Source of the DNA: Candidatus Poribacteria bacterium
Lineage (GTDB): Bacteria; Poribacteria; WGA-4E; WGA-3G
DNA length: 64,000 nt
Reading direction: 5' to 3'
Assembly: GCA_003635195.1 (NCBI GenBank)
Contig: PYIY01000075.1
Coordinates: 27,608-91,607 of the forward strand
Position 1 is the stretch's first letter. Every line of letters begins with the position of its first letter. Below, piece by piece: positions 25,379 through 33,664 of this stretch. The translations under genes were made by a program, and so were the position numbers. The notes beneath the pieces are model-generated. The model was not told the origin of the DNA and made no database searches. It worked only from the letters and a program-made list of their open reading frames with translations.

Positions 25379-26011
25379 TTAAGCTTTCCGCCTGCCTTCA
25401 AGTGCTTTCGCAAGGGTTACTTCGTCAATGTACTCCAAATCCCCACCCACTGGGATACCGTAAGCGATACGCGTAACAGCGACTTCAAACGTTTCGAGAT
25501 GTTGTGTAAGATAGAGGGCGGTTGCTTGTCCTTCTGTTGTCCAATTCGTTGCAAGAATTACTTCTTGCACCGGTTCAGCGTTTACGGCGGAATCCTTGAT
25601 ACGTTGAAAGAGTGTATTAATTCCGAGTTCATCAGGTCCGGTTCCGTCTAACGGTGAGAGTACGCCGCCAAGTACATGATATAACCCTTTATACCCGTTA
25701 GTTCTTTCAATAGCCCAAAGGTCATCCGACTCTTCAACGACACAAATTATCCGTGGGTCTCGGCGTGGATTGGTACAGATATAACACGGATTTGTATCGG
25801 TAATCGTGCCACAAACATCGCAGTAGCAGAGTTGTTGTTTTACCTGTGCGATGGCTTCCGCGATTTGGGCGGTTTCAGTGTCAGGTAACTTTAGCATAAA
25901 AAACGCTAAACGTTGCGCTGTTTTCTGACCAATCGTCGGTAACTTTTGGAGTTCAGTGATAAGCTTCGCCAGCGGTTTCGGGTACTCTTGCATGGATTCT
26001 TTGTGCGGCAA
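25379..26011 (-). CDS. recR: Recombination protein RecR
   Basis: It has the zinc finger CYCDVCGTITDTNPCYIC and a Toprim segment, with a TTG start. Its stop abuts the next gene's start (TAAATG). Confidence 0.95.
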   Translation of the reverse strand: MPHKESMQEYPKPLAKLITELQKLPTIGQKTAQRLAFFMLKLPDTETAQIAEAIAQVKQQLCYCDVCGTITDTNPCYICTNPRRDPRIICVVEESDDLWAIERTNGYKGLYHVLGGVLSPLDGTGPDELGINTLFQRIKDSAVNAEPVQEVILATNWTTEGQATALYLTQHLETFEVAVTRIAYGIPVGGDLEYIDEVTLAKALEGRRKA

Positions 26012-26013
26012 GA

Positions 26014-26110
26014 GCCATCAGTCATCAGCCATCAGTCATCAGTAAAAGAGGTATTTGGTTATGCGAAAACCTGTTTGCTGATGGTCTCCGACGGCTGACA
26101 GCCGACAGCC
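26014..26110. repeat. Family A-like element (A11)
   Basis: Pattern gccatcagtcatcagccatcagtcatcagt aaaagaggtatttgg...aaaacctgtttgctgatgg..gctgacagccgacagcc. Confidence 0.65.
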
Positions 26111-26114
26111 ATTC

Positions 26115-26423
26115 TTATGGGAGTCCGGGAATTTTAAGACCGCCAGTCAATTTGCTCATTTCCGCGGACATCAATTCTTGCGATTGTTGCAGGGCTTCAT
26201 TGACTGCTGCAACAACGAGGTCCTCAAGCATTTCGGTATCTTCTGGGTCAACAACTTCGGGTGTAATCCGGAGAGAGATAACTTCCTGTTGTCCATTAAC
26301 AACAGCGGTGACCATTCCACCGCCGACAGTTGCTTCAACAGTTCGGTTTGCGAGTTCTTCTCGGATTTCAAGCATCCGTTTTTGCATTTGTTGCGCCTGT
26401 TTCATCAGGTCGTTCATCTTCAT
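26115..26423 (-). CDS. ybaB: YbaB/EbfC nucleoid-associated protein
   Basis: 102 aa with MQKRMLEIREELA..VEATVGGGMVTAVVNGQQEV. It sits between dnaX and recR. Confidence 0.9.
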   Translation of the reverse strand: MKMNDLMKQAQQMQKRMLEIREELANRTVEATVGGGMVTAVVNGQQEVISLRITPEVVDPEDTEMLEDLVVAAVNEALQQSQELMSAEMSKLTGGLKIPGLP

Positions 26424-26558
26424 AGTTTTCGTCCTATCACCAAGCGACTTTGGATTATGTGTACATCCGTGTTTCGTTCCTATTTGTTACAAAAATGCTT
26501 GGTGTTATAAAAGTTTCCTTACTTATAAAATAGGCTGTCCCAGTTTGGGAAGCAGCGA

Positions 26559-28334
26559 TTATTGGGTTTCTAAGACTGTGGCATCAAAAAGTTCAAGCGC
26601 AGTTTTGAGCTGCGGATCGTCTTGTGCTTCAGCTTTCCGTATCATTGGTGTCTTTCGTTCTACTTTCTCAGTCGCGTCTTGAGCAGATGCTGACTCCGAG
26701 ATAGTATCTAACGCAACCACCTCGACTGTCACGGGTCTTCCGACTTCCTGCGTTAGAAGGTTGGCTATGATTTTCTTGTCTTCCTCTGTAAATATTGAGA
26801 GGTTTGTCGGTGAACATGCAATTTGAACAGCGTCACTCCCGTTCACAGAGGGAACAGACCTGTCTAACAAGCCAGATCTGAGTTTGCCCGATGGTAATTT
26901 TAATTTTACCTCTTCCCAAAACAGGGGCAGATTTACAAGATCGCGGGTTCCTTGTGGCGTTGACGATGGGTTTGGGACATTTGAATCCGGTGCAGCAGTC
27001 GTAGATGAATCTGTATAATGTATTGCCGGATCAGGTTCGGTGGAGGTAAAAATATTCTTACTTGTGCGACGAGGTGTCTGCGGTGATGCAGTTTGCCGGT
27101 CTGACAGATTTACTTCTGAAGGCGGAAGTTGCTGTCGTGCGGGTGCAGAAATCCCAGCGGCATCAAACTTCTGCTCTAAGGCGGACAATTTGTCAACAAT
27201 TTCTTGAAGCGGGACACCCTCTTCAAGTGAGTTAAGTTGAATGAACGCAGCCTCTAATTGGAGTTGTGGGTAACCGTACTGTTTAATATCGCGGTCGGTA
27301 TGCATCAATATTCTAATGATCCGCGACAGTCGGCTGACCGACATCTGTTCTGCTTTTTGCTTGAGTTCTGATAAATCTGATTGGGGACTTTGAATTAGAT
27401 CACTTAAGTTGTCATCAATTGCTAAAAGGCGTAGGTCTCGAAAATAGCCGATGAGTTGATCCAAACACTGCGACGGATCTGTCCCTTGCTTCGTTAAGTC
27501 GTTTAGCGTTTTCAGGCTTTTTGAAATATCTCTTTCCGCAATTGCTGTTGTAAGTTTTTGGAGGAGCGCACTCGAACCGAGTCCGATAATTTGTTCAACG
27601 GCATCCGTTGTCAAATCCTTGCCAGCAGATGAGACGAGACGTTCCAACAAGTTTTCAGCATCGCGTAGACAACCTTCGGATTGACGGGTGATGAGCGTGA
27701 GGACCTCCAGGTCCGCTGAAATTTCTTCTTCTTTGGCAATTAACTGTAAGCGCGCAATTATTTTTTCATCTTCCAAGTGTCGGAAATCAAAATCTTGACA
27801 GCGGGAGCTAATCGTCTTCGGGATTTTGGCATGCTCGGTCGTTGCCATGATGAATATGACGTGTGGGGGAGGTTCCTCGAGTGTCTTAAGCAGCGCGTTG
27901 AATGCTTCTGGTGAGAGCATGTGCGCTTCATCTATAATATAAATTTTGTAGGTGCAGGTGGCAGGAGAGAGTTTAACGTTTTCACGAAGGTCCCGAATTG
28001 TATCGATCCCGCGATTGGAGGCGGCATCCATTTCGAGGACATCAAGGGAGCGATCCTGTGAGATGTCGTTACAGAATACGCATTGATTGCAAGGTTCTGC
28101 GGTTTGGACGGCATCAAATTCGGTTTCTTGGACACGGTTAGGGCAGTTAACAGCTTTGGCAAAGATACGTGCGACAGTGGTTTTACCGGTACCGCGGGGT
28201 CCCCAAAAAAGATAAGCATGCCCGACGCGTTCAGACAGAATCTGATTTTTTAACGTTGTGGTAACGTGTTCCTGTCCGACAACGTCACTGAAGTTTTGCG
28301 GACGCCATCTTTGGGCGAGAACCTCGTAAGACAT
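26559..28334 (-). CDS. dnaX: DNA polymerase III subunit gamma/tau
   Basis: It has the Walker A motif GPRGTGKTT, a zinc module CNQCVFC, and the motifs IIDEAHML and SRC. Confidence 0.95.
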   Translation of the reverse strand: MSYEVLAQRWRPQNFSDVVGQEHVTTTLKNQILSERVGHAYLFWGPRGTGKTTVARIFAKAVNCPNRVQETEFDAVQTAEPCNQCVFCNDISQDRSLDVLEMDAASNRGIDTIRDLRENVKLSPATCTYKIYIIDEAHMLSPEAFNALLKTLEEPPPHVIFIMATTEHAKIPKTISSRCQDFDFRHLEDEKIIARLQLIAKEEEISADLEVLTLITRQSEGCLRDAENLLERLVSSAGKDLTTDAVEQIIGLGSSALLQKLTTAIAERDISKSLKTLNDLTKQGTDPSQCLDQLIGYFRDLRLLAIDDNLSDLIQSPQSDLSELKQKAEQMSVSRLSRIIRILMHTDRDIKQYGYPQLQLEAAFIQLNSLEEGVPLQEIVDKLSALEQKFDAAGISAPARQQLPPSEVNLSDRQTASPQTPRRTSKNIFTSTEPDPAIHYTDSSTTAAPDSNVPNPSSTPQGTRDLVNLPLFWEEVKLKLPSGKLRSGLLDRSVPSVNGSDAVQIACSPTNLSIFTEEDKKIIANLLTQEVGRPVTVEVVALDTISESASAQDATEKVERKTPMIRKAEAQDDPQLKTALELFDATVLETQ

Positions 28335-28407
28335 GGCGCAATCCTTTCCTCTACGGCTTGGTTTCGGGGATGAGACGTGGTCTGTCCAGTTAATATACCG
28401 AAAAACT

Positions 28408-28676
28408 GGCTATGCACCCAGAGTTGACAAGCTTCTCCAGGCGTTGCCCGCGCCGTTAGCTCAGGTCAGGCACCCTTGCGTCACACGAACAACTCATCTA
28501 CCGCTGCTTCCTTCCGGACCTGACGGGGTTCAACAAGCATTCGTTGCTCAAGACCCAACCCTCAACACTACGTACGTGGGACAGGCCCCACAGAAACAGG
28601 CCGCATCCTGGGGATTCAGTCCTGCTATAGCGGATTGCAGATACAGGGCACCGCTACCTCCCCACTTAGCATAGCC
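28408..28676 (-). ncRNA. ffs: Signal recognition particle RNA, long (Alu-domain-containing, Bacillus-type) form
   Basis: The minus strand reads GUCAGGUCCGGAAGGAAGCAGC (28503-28524), which is the conserved domain IV motif. The 5-prime part GGUAGCGGUGCCCUGUAUCUGCAAUCCGCUAUAGCAGG resembles the B. subtilis scRNA Alu domain. The terminal helix pairs GGCUAUGC with GCAUAGCC. It lies upstream of dnaX, as in the Bacillus-type arrangement. Confidence 0.85.
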
Positions 28677-28697
28677 AAGGTATTAGATATAAGAAAC

Positions 28698-28789
28698 TGG
28701 CGGAGAGAGTGGGATTCGAACCCACGGTACTGCAAAACAGCACACATGATTTCCAGTCATGCCAGTTCAACCAACTCCTGCATCTCTCC
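28698..28789 (-). tRNA. tRNA-Ser(GGA), CCA encoded
   Basis: The acceptor stem is GGAGAGA/UCUCUCC. The anticodon loop is CUGGAAA between CAUGA/UCAUG. It has a long variable arm and the T loop GGUUCGAAUCC. Confidence 0.9.
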
Positions 28790-28795
28790 GTTTTA

Positions 28796-28920
28796 TAGTT
28801 GTCAGTTAGAGGAAGTTAACAGTTGTCAGTACGATTTTTTCTGCAAAAAAAATCTTTCAGTTCTCAGTTAAGAGACTTTGGAACTATCGAAAACCTCTTG
28901 TAACTGATAACTGTTAACTA
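28796..28920. repeat. Family A element (A12) between two tRNA genes
   Basis: Pattern tagttgtcagtt..cagttgtcagt..ttttttctgcaaaaaaaatctttcagttctcagttaagagactttggaactatcgaaaacctcttgtaactgataactgttaacta. Confidence 0.8.
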
Positions 28921-28927
28921 TCATGTA

Positions 28928-29000
28928 TGGAGCAGACGGGATTTGAACCCGTGACCTCATCCGTGCGAGGGATGCACTCTCCCAACTGAGCTACTGCCCC
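28928..29000 (-). tRNA. tRNA-Ala(CGC)
   Basis: It starts GGGGCAGUAGCUCAG and has G3:U70. The anticodon loop is CUCGCAC, and no CCA is encoded. Confidence 0.9.
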
Positions 29001-29088
29001 AGAGTTTATAAAATTTATCGGGTTTACAAAACCCTCCTACAGCATCTTGCGATGACTGATTATCGTTCACCTTGAAAATATCAAAAAA

Positions 29089-29173
29089 CGGAGAGAGTGG
29101 GATTCGAACCCACGGTGACTTGCGCCACAACAGTTTTCGAGACTGTCCAGTTCAACCACTCCTGCATCTCTCC
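29089..29173 (-). tRNA. tRNA-Ser(CGA)
   Basis: The acceptor stem is GGAGAGA, the anticodon loop is CUCGAAA, and it has a long variable arm. Confidence 0.9.
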
Positions 29174-29251
29174 TTATGATGCGTCATAACGATAGCGTCG
29201 TATACCAGAGCCATTCAATTTGAAGTCGCGATTCGGAGATCGCTCCTACTT

Positions 29252-29710
29252 TTACAGTTTATGGCGGCGTCCCTGAAAAAAGGATTTGAGCAGCGCACTG
29301 CTCTCATCTGCTAACACACCACTTACCAATTCAACCCGATGGTTTAGCCGTTCATCTTGGAGAATATTATAGAGTGTGCCGGCTGCCCCAGATTTCGGGT
29401 CTGCCGTGCCGTAAACCACCTTCGGGATGCGTGCTAAGACGATAGCCCCTGCACACATTGGGCACGGTTCTAACGTCACATAAAGCGTTGTGTCTGTAAA
29501 TCGCCAGTTCCCAATTTTTTCGGATGCCGCTTGTATAACAAGCATTTCTGCATGAGCGATAGGGCTACCAGACTGTTCACGCAGGTTGGAGGCTTCCGCG
29601 ATGCGGACCTCGTTGCTAACGAGTACTGCCCCAACGGGTACTTCACCGTTCTCGGCGGCTTGCTTCGCTAGCTCAAGTGCGTGTCGCATCCAGAAAAGAT
29701 CGCTATCCAA
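29252..29710 (-). CDS. tadA: tRNA adenosine(34) deaminase
   Basis: It has the deaminase motifs HAEMLVI and LEPCPMCAGAI. The TTG at 29710 or the ATG at 29689 could be the start. Confidence 0.9.
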   Translation of the reverse strand: MDSDLFWMRHALELAKQAAENGEVPVGAVLVSNEVRIAEASNLREQSGSPIAHAEMLVIQAASEKIGNWRFTDTTLYVTLEPCPMCAGAIVLARIPKVVYGTADPKSGAAGTLYNILQDERLNHRVELVSGVLADESSALLKSFFQGRRHKL

Positions 29711-29735
29711 GTTATGTCCAACAAATGGCTTATGA

Positions 29736-29809
29736 AGCGCCTGAGAGGATTCGAACCCCTGGCCTTCTGATCCGTAGTCAGATGCTCTAATCCACTGAGC
29801 TACAGGCGC
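29736..29809 (-). tRNA. tRNA-Arg(ACG)
   Basis: It starts GCGCCUGUAGCUCAGUGGAUUAGAGC and the anticodon loop is CUACGGA. It ends 26 nt upstream of the tadA ORF. The 3-prime boundary is accurate to about 1 nt. Confidence 0.85.
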
Positions 29810-29885
29810 GTATTGTACGGTATTGAAGCGTTAGGCAGCTACGCCTTGCCTATACGTTTTTGTGTCTGATTTGTTGCTTTAAAGA

Positions 29886-29970
29886 CGGAGAGGGTGGGAT
29901 TCGAACCCACGATGGCTTGCGCCATAACTGCTTAGCAGGCAGTCCAGTTCAACCACTCCTGCACCTCTCC
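29886..29970 (-). tRNA. tRNA-Ser(GCU)
   Basis: The acceptor stem is GGAGAGG, the anticodon loop is CUGCUAA, and it has a long variable arm. Confidence 0.9.
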
Positions 29971-29974
29971 ATAA

Positions 29975-30062
29975 TGGCGGTGGGAGTAGGATTCGAACCC
30001 ACGATGGCTTGCGCCATAACGGTTTTCAAGACCGCCGCTTTCGTCCACTCAGCCATCCCACC
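29975..30062 (-). tRNA. tRNA-Ser(UGA), CCA encoded
   Basis: The acceptor stem is GGUGGGA/UCCCACC and the anticodon loop is CUUGAAA. The variable arm and T arm are almost identical to those of Ser(GCU). It lies 4 nt from the neighbouring tRNA. Confidence 0.85.
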
Positions 30063-30096
30063 TATGTTTCGTTCTTCGTATCACCTAAACGTATAT

Positions 30097-30125
30097 ATTA
30101 TACAATATCTGGGGTATTTTGTCAA
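30097..30125 (-). promoter_or_regulatory. Consensus sigma-70 promoter for the tRNA-tadA cluster
   Basis: The minus strand reads TTGACA-aaataccccagatattg-TATAAT (17-nt spacer). The -10 box ends about 35 nt upstream of the tRNA-Ser(UGA) 5-prime end. Confidence 0.7.
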
Positions 30126-30215
30126 GTTATATATTCAATTAATCCAGAGCCATTCAATTCTCGGTTTTCTGAGAGCATTATCGGGCATAGGTCCGCGCTG
30201 CTATCTACAAGAATC

Positions 30216-30281
30216 GGGGTTCCTTAAAGAAATAAGGAAACACCCAAGCACAAACACCCTCCCACAAGAGTGATTTGTAAC
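30216..30281. repeat. Family C element, copy C2
   Basis: Sequence ggggttccttaaagaaataaggaaacacccaagcacaaacaccctcccacaagagtgatttgtaac. Confidence 0.65.
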
Positions 30282-30324
30282 AATTCAAGAATTAAGCGAA
30301 TTTAGCACGCGGCAGTAGATTTTT

Positions 30325-30393
30325 GCTTTTTAAACCCCCTAAATTTTTCTTATCAGCGGGACTTTAAGCGGAAGTGCGTAAGTCCTAAAAATG
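30325..30393. repeat. Family B element, copy B2
   Basis: Sequence gctttttaaaccccctaaatttttcttatcagcgggactttaagcggaagtgcgtaagtcctaaaaatg. It aligns with 13451-13550. Confidence 0.75.
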
Positions 30394-30561
30394 TTACACC
30401 AGTGTAACATTGGGTATAGATAGGTTATCGGCATAAGCCCAGTTGTTGTAAGGGCTTAGAGACAATTGTGTTGTTGCTCTCCGTTGCAAAAAAAAAAATA
30501 ATTTGGTGGAAAGTTCGGATATTAGTGCTCTGAACGCTTGCTCGGTATACGGATTCTGGTT

Positions 30562-31233
30562 CTACCGAATTTCTTGGTTCCACTCGAGTGGTTCATTTCG
30601 CAAGTATGGGAGCAGCATACCCTGAAGCTGCCGGTGTGCATGGTGCAAGTGTGCTTTAACCGTGCCCTCCGACCTGTTTAGCAGGGCTGCGATCTCTTTG
30701 ATCGCGAGTTCACGTCGGTGCCGCAAATTAAAGACCCGACGCTGACCGGGTGGGAGTTTCCTCACTGCCTTTCGGATGATAAGCCCAAGTTCCTTCTCAT
30801 CAAGAAGTCTCTCAGGAGACGGATAGGAGTCGGTCATTTTTAGCATCTCGTCCGCTTCAAGGGGTAATTCTTCAAACGTAAGCACCTTATCGCGGTTACG
30901 TTGACGCTGAAAATCGATGCTGCAGTTGATAGCGATCCGGTAGATCCAACTATAAAATGCGGAGCCGCCTTTGAAGTTGGGTAGGGCATTGAACGCTTTC
31001 AGGAAAACCTCTTGGCAGAGATCTTTTGCTGTTTCTTGATCGCGAACCCGTTGGTACATGAGATTGTAAATTTTCTTTTGATATTTAAGCATAAGAGGAT
31101 TAAAAGCCTCTGTGTCACCGTTCTGGAACTGATTGACAAGTGCTTTCTCATCAATCTGTTCAAGTTCGACATCTGTGTAAAAAGTGGTGTTTTTTGGAGT
31201 AAAGGTCATGTCTATTTTCTCCGTAGAGCGCAA
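30562..31233 (-). CDS. ECF-type RNA polymerase sigma-70 factor
   Basis: Region 2 shows DLCQEVFLKAFNALPNF and YSWIYRIAINCSIDFQRQR. Region 4 shows IKEIAALLNRSEGTVKAHLHHAHRQL. No anti-sigma gene lies downstream. Confidence 0.9.
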   Translation of the reverse strand: MRSTEKIDMTFTPKNTTFYTDVELEQIDEKALVNQFQNGDTEAFNPLMLKYQKKIYNLMYQRVRDQETAKDLCQEVFLKAFNALPNFKGGSAFYSWIYRIAINCSIDFQRQRNRDKVLTFEELPLEADEMLKMTDSYPSPERLLDEKELGLIIRKAVRKLPPGQRRVFNLRHRRELAIKEIAALLNRSEGTVKAHLHHAHRQLQGMLLPYLRNEPLEWNQEIR

Positions 31234-31876
31234 AGTTAATTTTCAAGTGCCTCAGTTGACCGTGTCATCAAATTCTTCGGGCAGGAGATCCCTGTCTTTA
31301 GGCAGGGGAGGAATGCCCTCTCCTTTTTTTCTTGTAGATTCCCCGAAGTGAGGTGCGGGTTGTTTTTTCGCCACAGACCCGTAGGCGATTCTCTCCGATG
31401 GGCTGCTTCTTTTCGGAAGTGCTGTCACCATCTCCAATCCGACCTGACCCAGTGTCTTTGAGAAAACAGGTAAAATCCCTTGTGGGTGTATATTGCCCCT
31501 TAGAGATCACAATGTCCGCATTTACCTGAGACTTGGGGAGCATCTTTAAGTATATTTACTACCACTTCAATATACCGTTTTAACAGATACGTTGGTGTCG
31601 GCACACACCGACATTGTGATATTTTACTCTAGTCAATGAGTTACCCTCGTTCAACCTATAGGCTTGGCTGCCGTATTGAACAAGCTCCCATGCTTTAGCA
31701 GGGGGTCACTGACCGTTATAGAATTATTTAATACACACCGTACGTGCCAAAAAGTTCCTAAATTCCAGTACATTAGACGTATTTGATCGGATTTTGTTCG
31801 ATTTAAATATCACTCACGCGGACAAGTTGCTCCAATTATTTTCAATATAGGAGGACCTGTAACGAAATAATCATGG

Positions 31877-31905
31877 TTGACATATCAACTGCTTTGGATT
31901 ATACT
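31877..31905 (+). promoter_or_regulatory. Near-consensus sigma-70 promoter facing the histidine kinase gene
   Basis: TTGACA (31877-31882), a 17-nt spacer, then TATACT (31900-31905). It would give a leader of about 240 nt before ATG 32154. Confidence 0.55.
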
Positions 31906-32153
31906 AACAACGACCTCAATGAATCACCTGATAGGACTTGCGCCAACATATTCTCCTTGAAATTGAATTGAAGAGAGCCTTCAATTGTTAGTGACGCGAT
32001 TTGTAGGCAAAAAGGGTGCATAATTTCAGAAAAACCGAGATTTTGTGTGCTCCAAAAAGAACCTATCGCGCGAGTATCAGATGATCGGCGGGAATCGACG
32101 TGCGAAATTTTTACAATCGGCTGATAGTGGCAATCTAAGAAAAGAGGGTTCCA

Positions 32154-33563
32154 ATGCGTCGGTATAGCATTCAAACCAAAATTGTTCTTCCGTTTTTGCT
32201 CCTTTTTGCTTTGGTTGCTGTTGTGCTATCTTTGGTTGCTATTGAGATCTTTGCTTGGAAGTACAGTGAACAGTTTACACGTGAAACGGAAGCATGGCTC
32301 AATACCATCAGGGAAACAGGGTATTTTCAGATGTATTTTGACGAGAACAAAGAAAAAATAAAACGCACCTATAGCGTTGAGATTATGATTTTTGGTTCTG
32401 ATTATACGCTTAATGGTACTACGCTCGACCACCTCTCCGATGTAGAACAAGATTGGACGAATTTAGCGGATAAAATGCGGCTGCGTGAAGTCAGACCGCA
32501 CTTAGAGAACCCTGATGGAAAATCTGTTATACGAGACGTTACACTTGATGGGAAACCGTATAAAGTTTTTTACTTGCCCCTTGAACTCGGACGGTTTCAT
32601 TGTATATTGCGTCCGATGGAAGCTATTGCTGAAGCGAAACGGACGCTTACATGGTACATGCTCAGCATCGCTGTTCTTGTTATAGGACTGGTTGCTCTTA
32701 TTAGTCACCTGATCGGAAAAAATTTGACGAACCCGATCAAGGTTTTGGTTGATTCGACGGCGCGCGTCGCGACGGGAGACTTGGACGAGCAGTGCGAACT
32801 TAAAACACACGACGAGATCGGGGATCTCGCTGCAGCGTTCAATCAGATGACCAGAGATCTCAAACAGTCGAGGGATCAGCTGATTCAAGCGGAACGCTTG
32901 GCGACAGCTGGCAAGATGTCCGCCTCCTTTGCCCACGAGATCCGGAATCCATTGTCATCTATGCGGATGTTGGCACAGATGCTGATGCAGAAACCGGAGA
33001 TGACCGTCGAGAAGCATCAACAATCGTTGCGTTATATCCTCGAAGAGATTGAGCAAATCGATACGATTGTCAAAGGCTTGATGGATTTTGCTCGTCCGAC
33101 GGCACTTAACCTTATGCAACAACCCCTCTCACCTGTCCTGCAAGCCGTCTTAGCCTTGATGGAAGCCAATTTAGCACACCACCAAATTCACTTAGAATTA
33201 GACGTGTTACCTGAAACTCCAGAAATTCAATTTGATTCAGATAAATTGAAGCAAGCGTTTATGAATGTCGTCTTGAATGCGATGGAAGCGATGCCGCAAG
33301 GCGGTATATTGAAAGTTTCTACAATTGTGAATGAAGATCGGGTCGGCATCAAGGTTGTTGATAACGGTGTTGGCATATCAGCGGAAGATTTAGCACATCT
33401 GTTTGAACCGTTTTTTACCAAAAAGACGCGAGGCACAGGTCTCGGTTTGGCAAATGTGAAACGGATTCTTGAGGAGCATGGCGGTAACGTTGAGATTGAA
33501 AGCACGCTCGGTGCAGGAACAACGGTTTTGATGTGGTTGCCGGTGGAGGTCTCTGCGCTTTGA
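32154..33563 (+). CDS. Sensor histidine kinase (2 TM, HAMP, HisKA, HATPase_c)
   Basis: The H box is FAHEIRNPLSSM, the HAMP region has DEIGDLAAAFNQMTRDL, and the G box is GTGLGLANVKRILEEHGG. Confidence 0.9.
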   Translation: MRRYSIQTKIVLPFLLLFALVAVVLSLVAIEIFAWKYSEQFTRETEAWLNTIRETGYFQMYFDENKEKIKRTYSVEIMIFGSDYTLNGTTLDHLSDVEQDWTNLADKMRLREVRPHLENPDGKSVIRDVTLDGKPYKVFYLPLELGRFHCILRPMEAIAEAKRTLTWYMLSIAVLVIGLVALISHLIGKNLTNPIKVLVDSTARVATGDLDEQCELKTHDEIGDLAAAFNQMTRDLKQSRDQLIQAERLATAGKMSASFAHEIRNPLSSMRMLAQMLMQKPEMTVEKHQQSLRYILEEIEQIDTIVKGLMDFARPTALNLMQQPLSPVLQAVLALMEANLAHHQIHLELDVLPETPEIQFDSDKLKQAFMNVVLNAMEAMPQGGILKVSTIVNEDRVGIKVVDNGVGISAEDLAHLFEPFFTKKTRGTGLGLANVKRILEEHGGNVEIESTLGAGTTVLMWLPVEVSAL

Positions 33564-33664
33564 AACAAAAAAAAATGGCTTGACCCCTCCGGTAAAAATC
33601 GGCTATATTATATACACTGATTTATGGACTTGGATACTTTTTCTATAGTGCCGAGGCTAAAGAT

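Noticed and set aside
26559-28334. Programmed -1 frameshift site in dnaX (A AAA AAG type, as in E. coli)
   Set aside because: I found no A AAA AAG heptamer on the coding strand. The only A-run (GAA AAA ATA near 27760-27770) lacks the slippery pattern and a downstream hairpin.
28333-28871. ORF-track frames 28333-28674 (+, 113 aa) and 28635-28871 (+, 78 aa)
   Set aside because: They lie exactly over the SRP RNA and tRNA-Ser(GGA) genes on the opposite strand, and they have no RBS or recognisable protein features.
29860-30273. ORF-track frames 29860-30273 and 30009-30227 (+)
   Set aside because: They are antisense translations of tRNA-Ser(GCU), tRNA-Ser(UGA) and the promoter region, not genes.
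31252-31543. 61-aa and 81-aa minus-strand ORFs upstream of the ECF sigma gene, considered as an anti-sigma factor or co-transcribed partner
   Set aside because: Anti-sigma genes normally follow the sigma gene. These frames overlap each other, have no TM helix or zinc-binding anti-sigma motif, and have no clear RBS. They are left unannotated.
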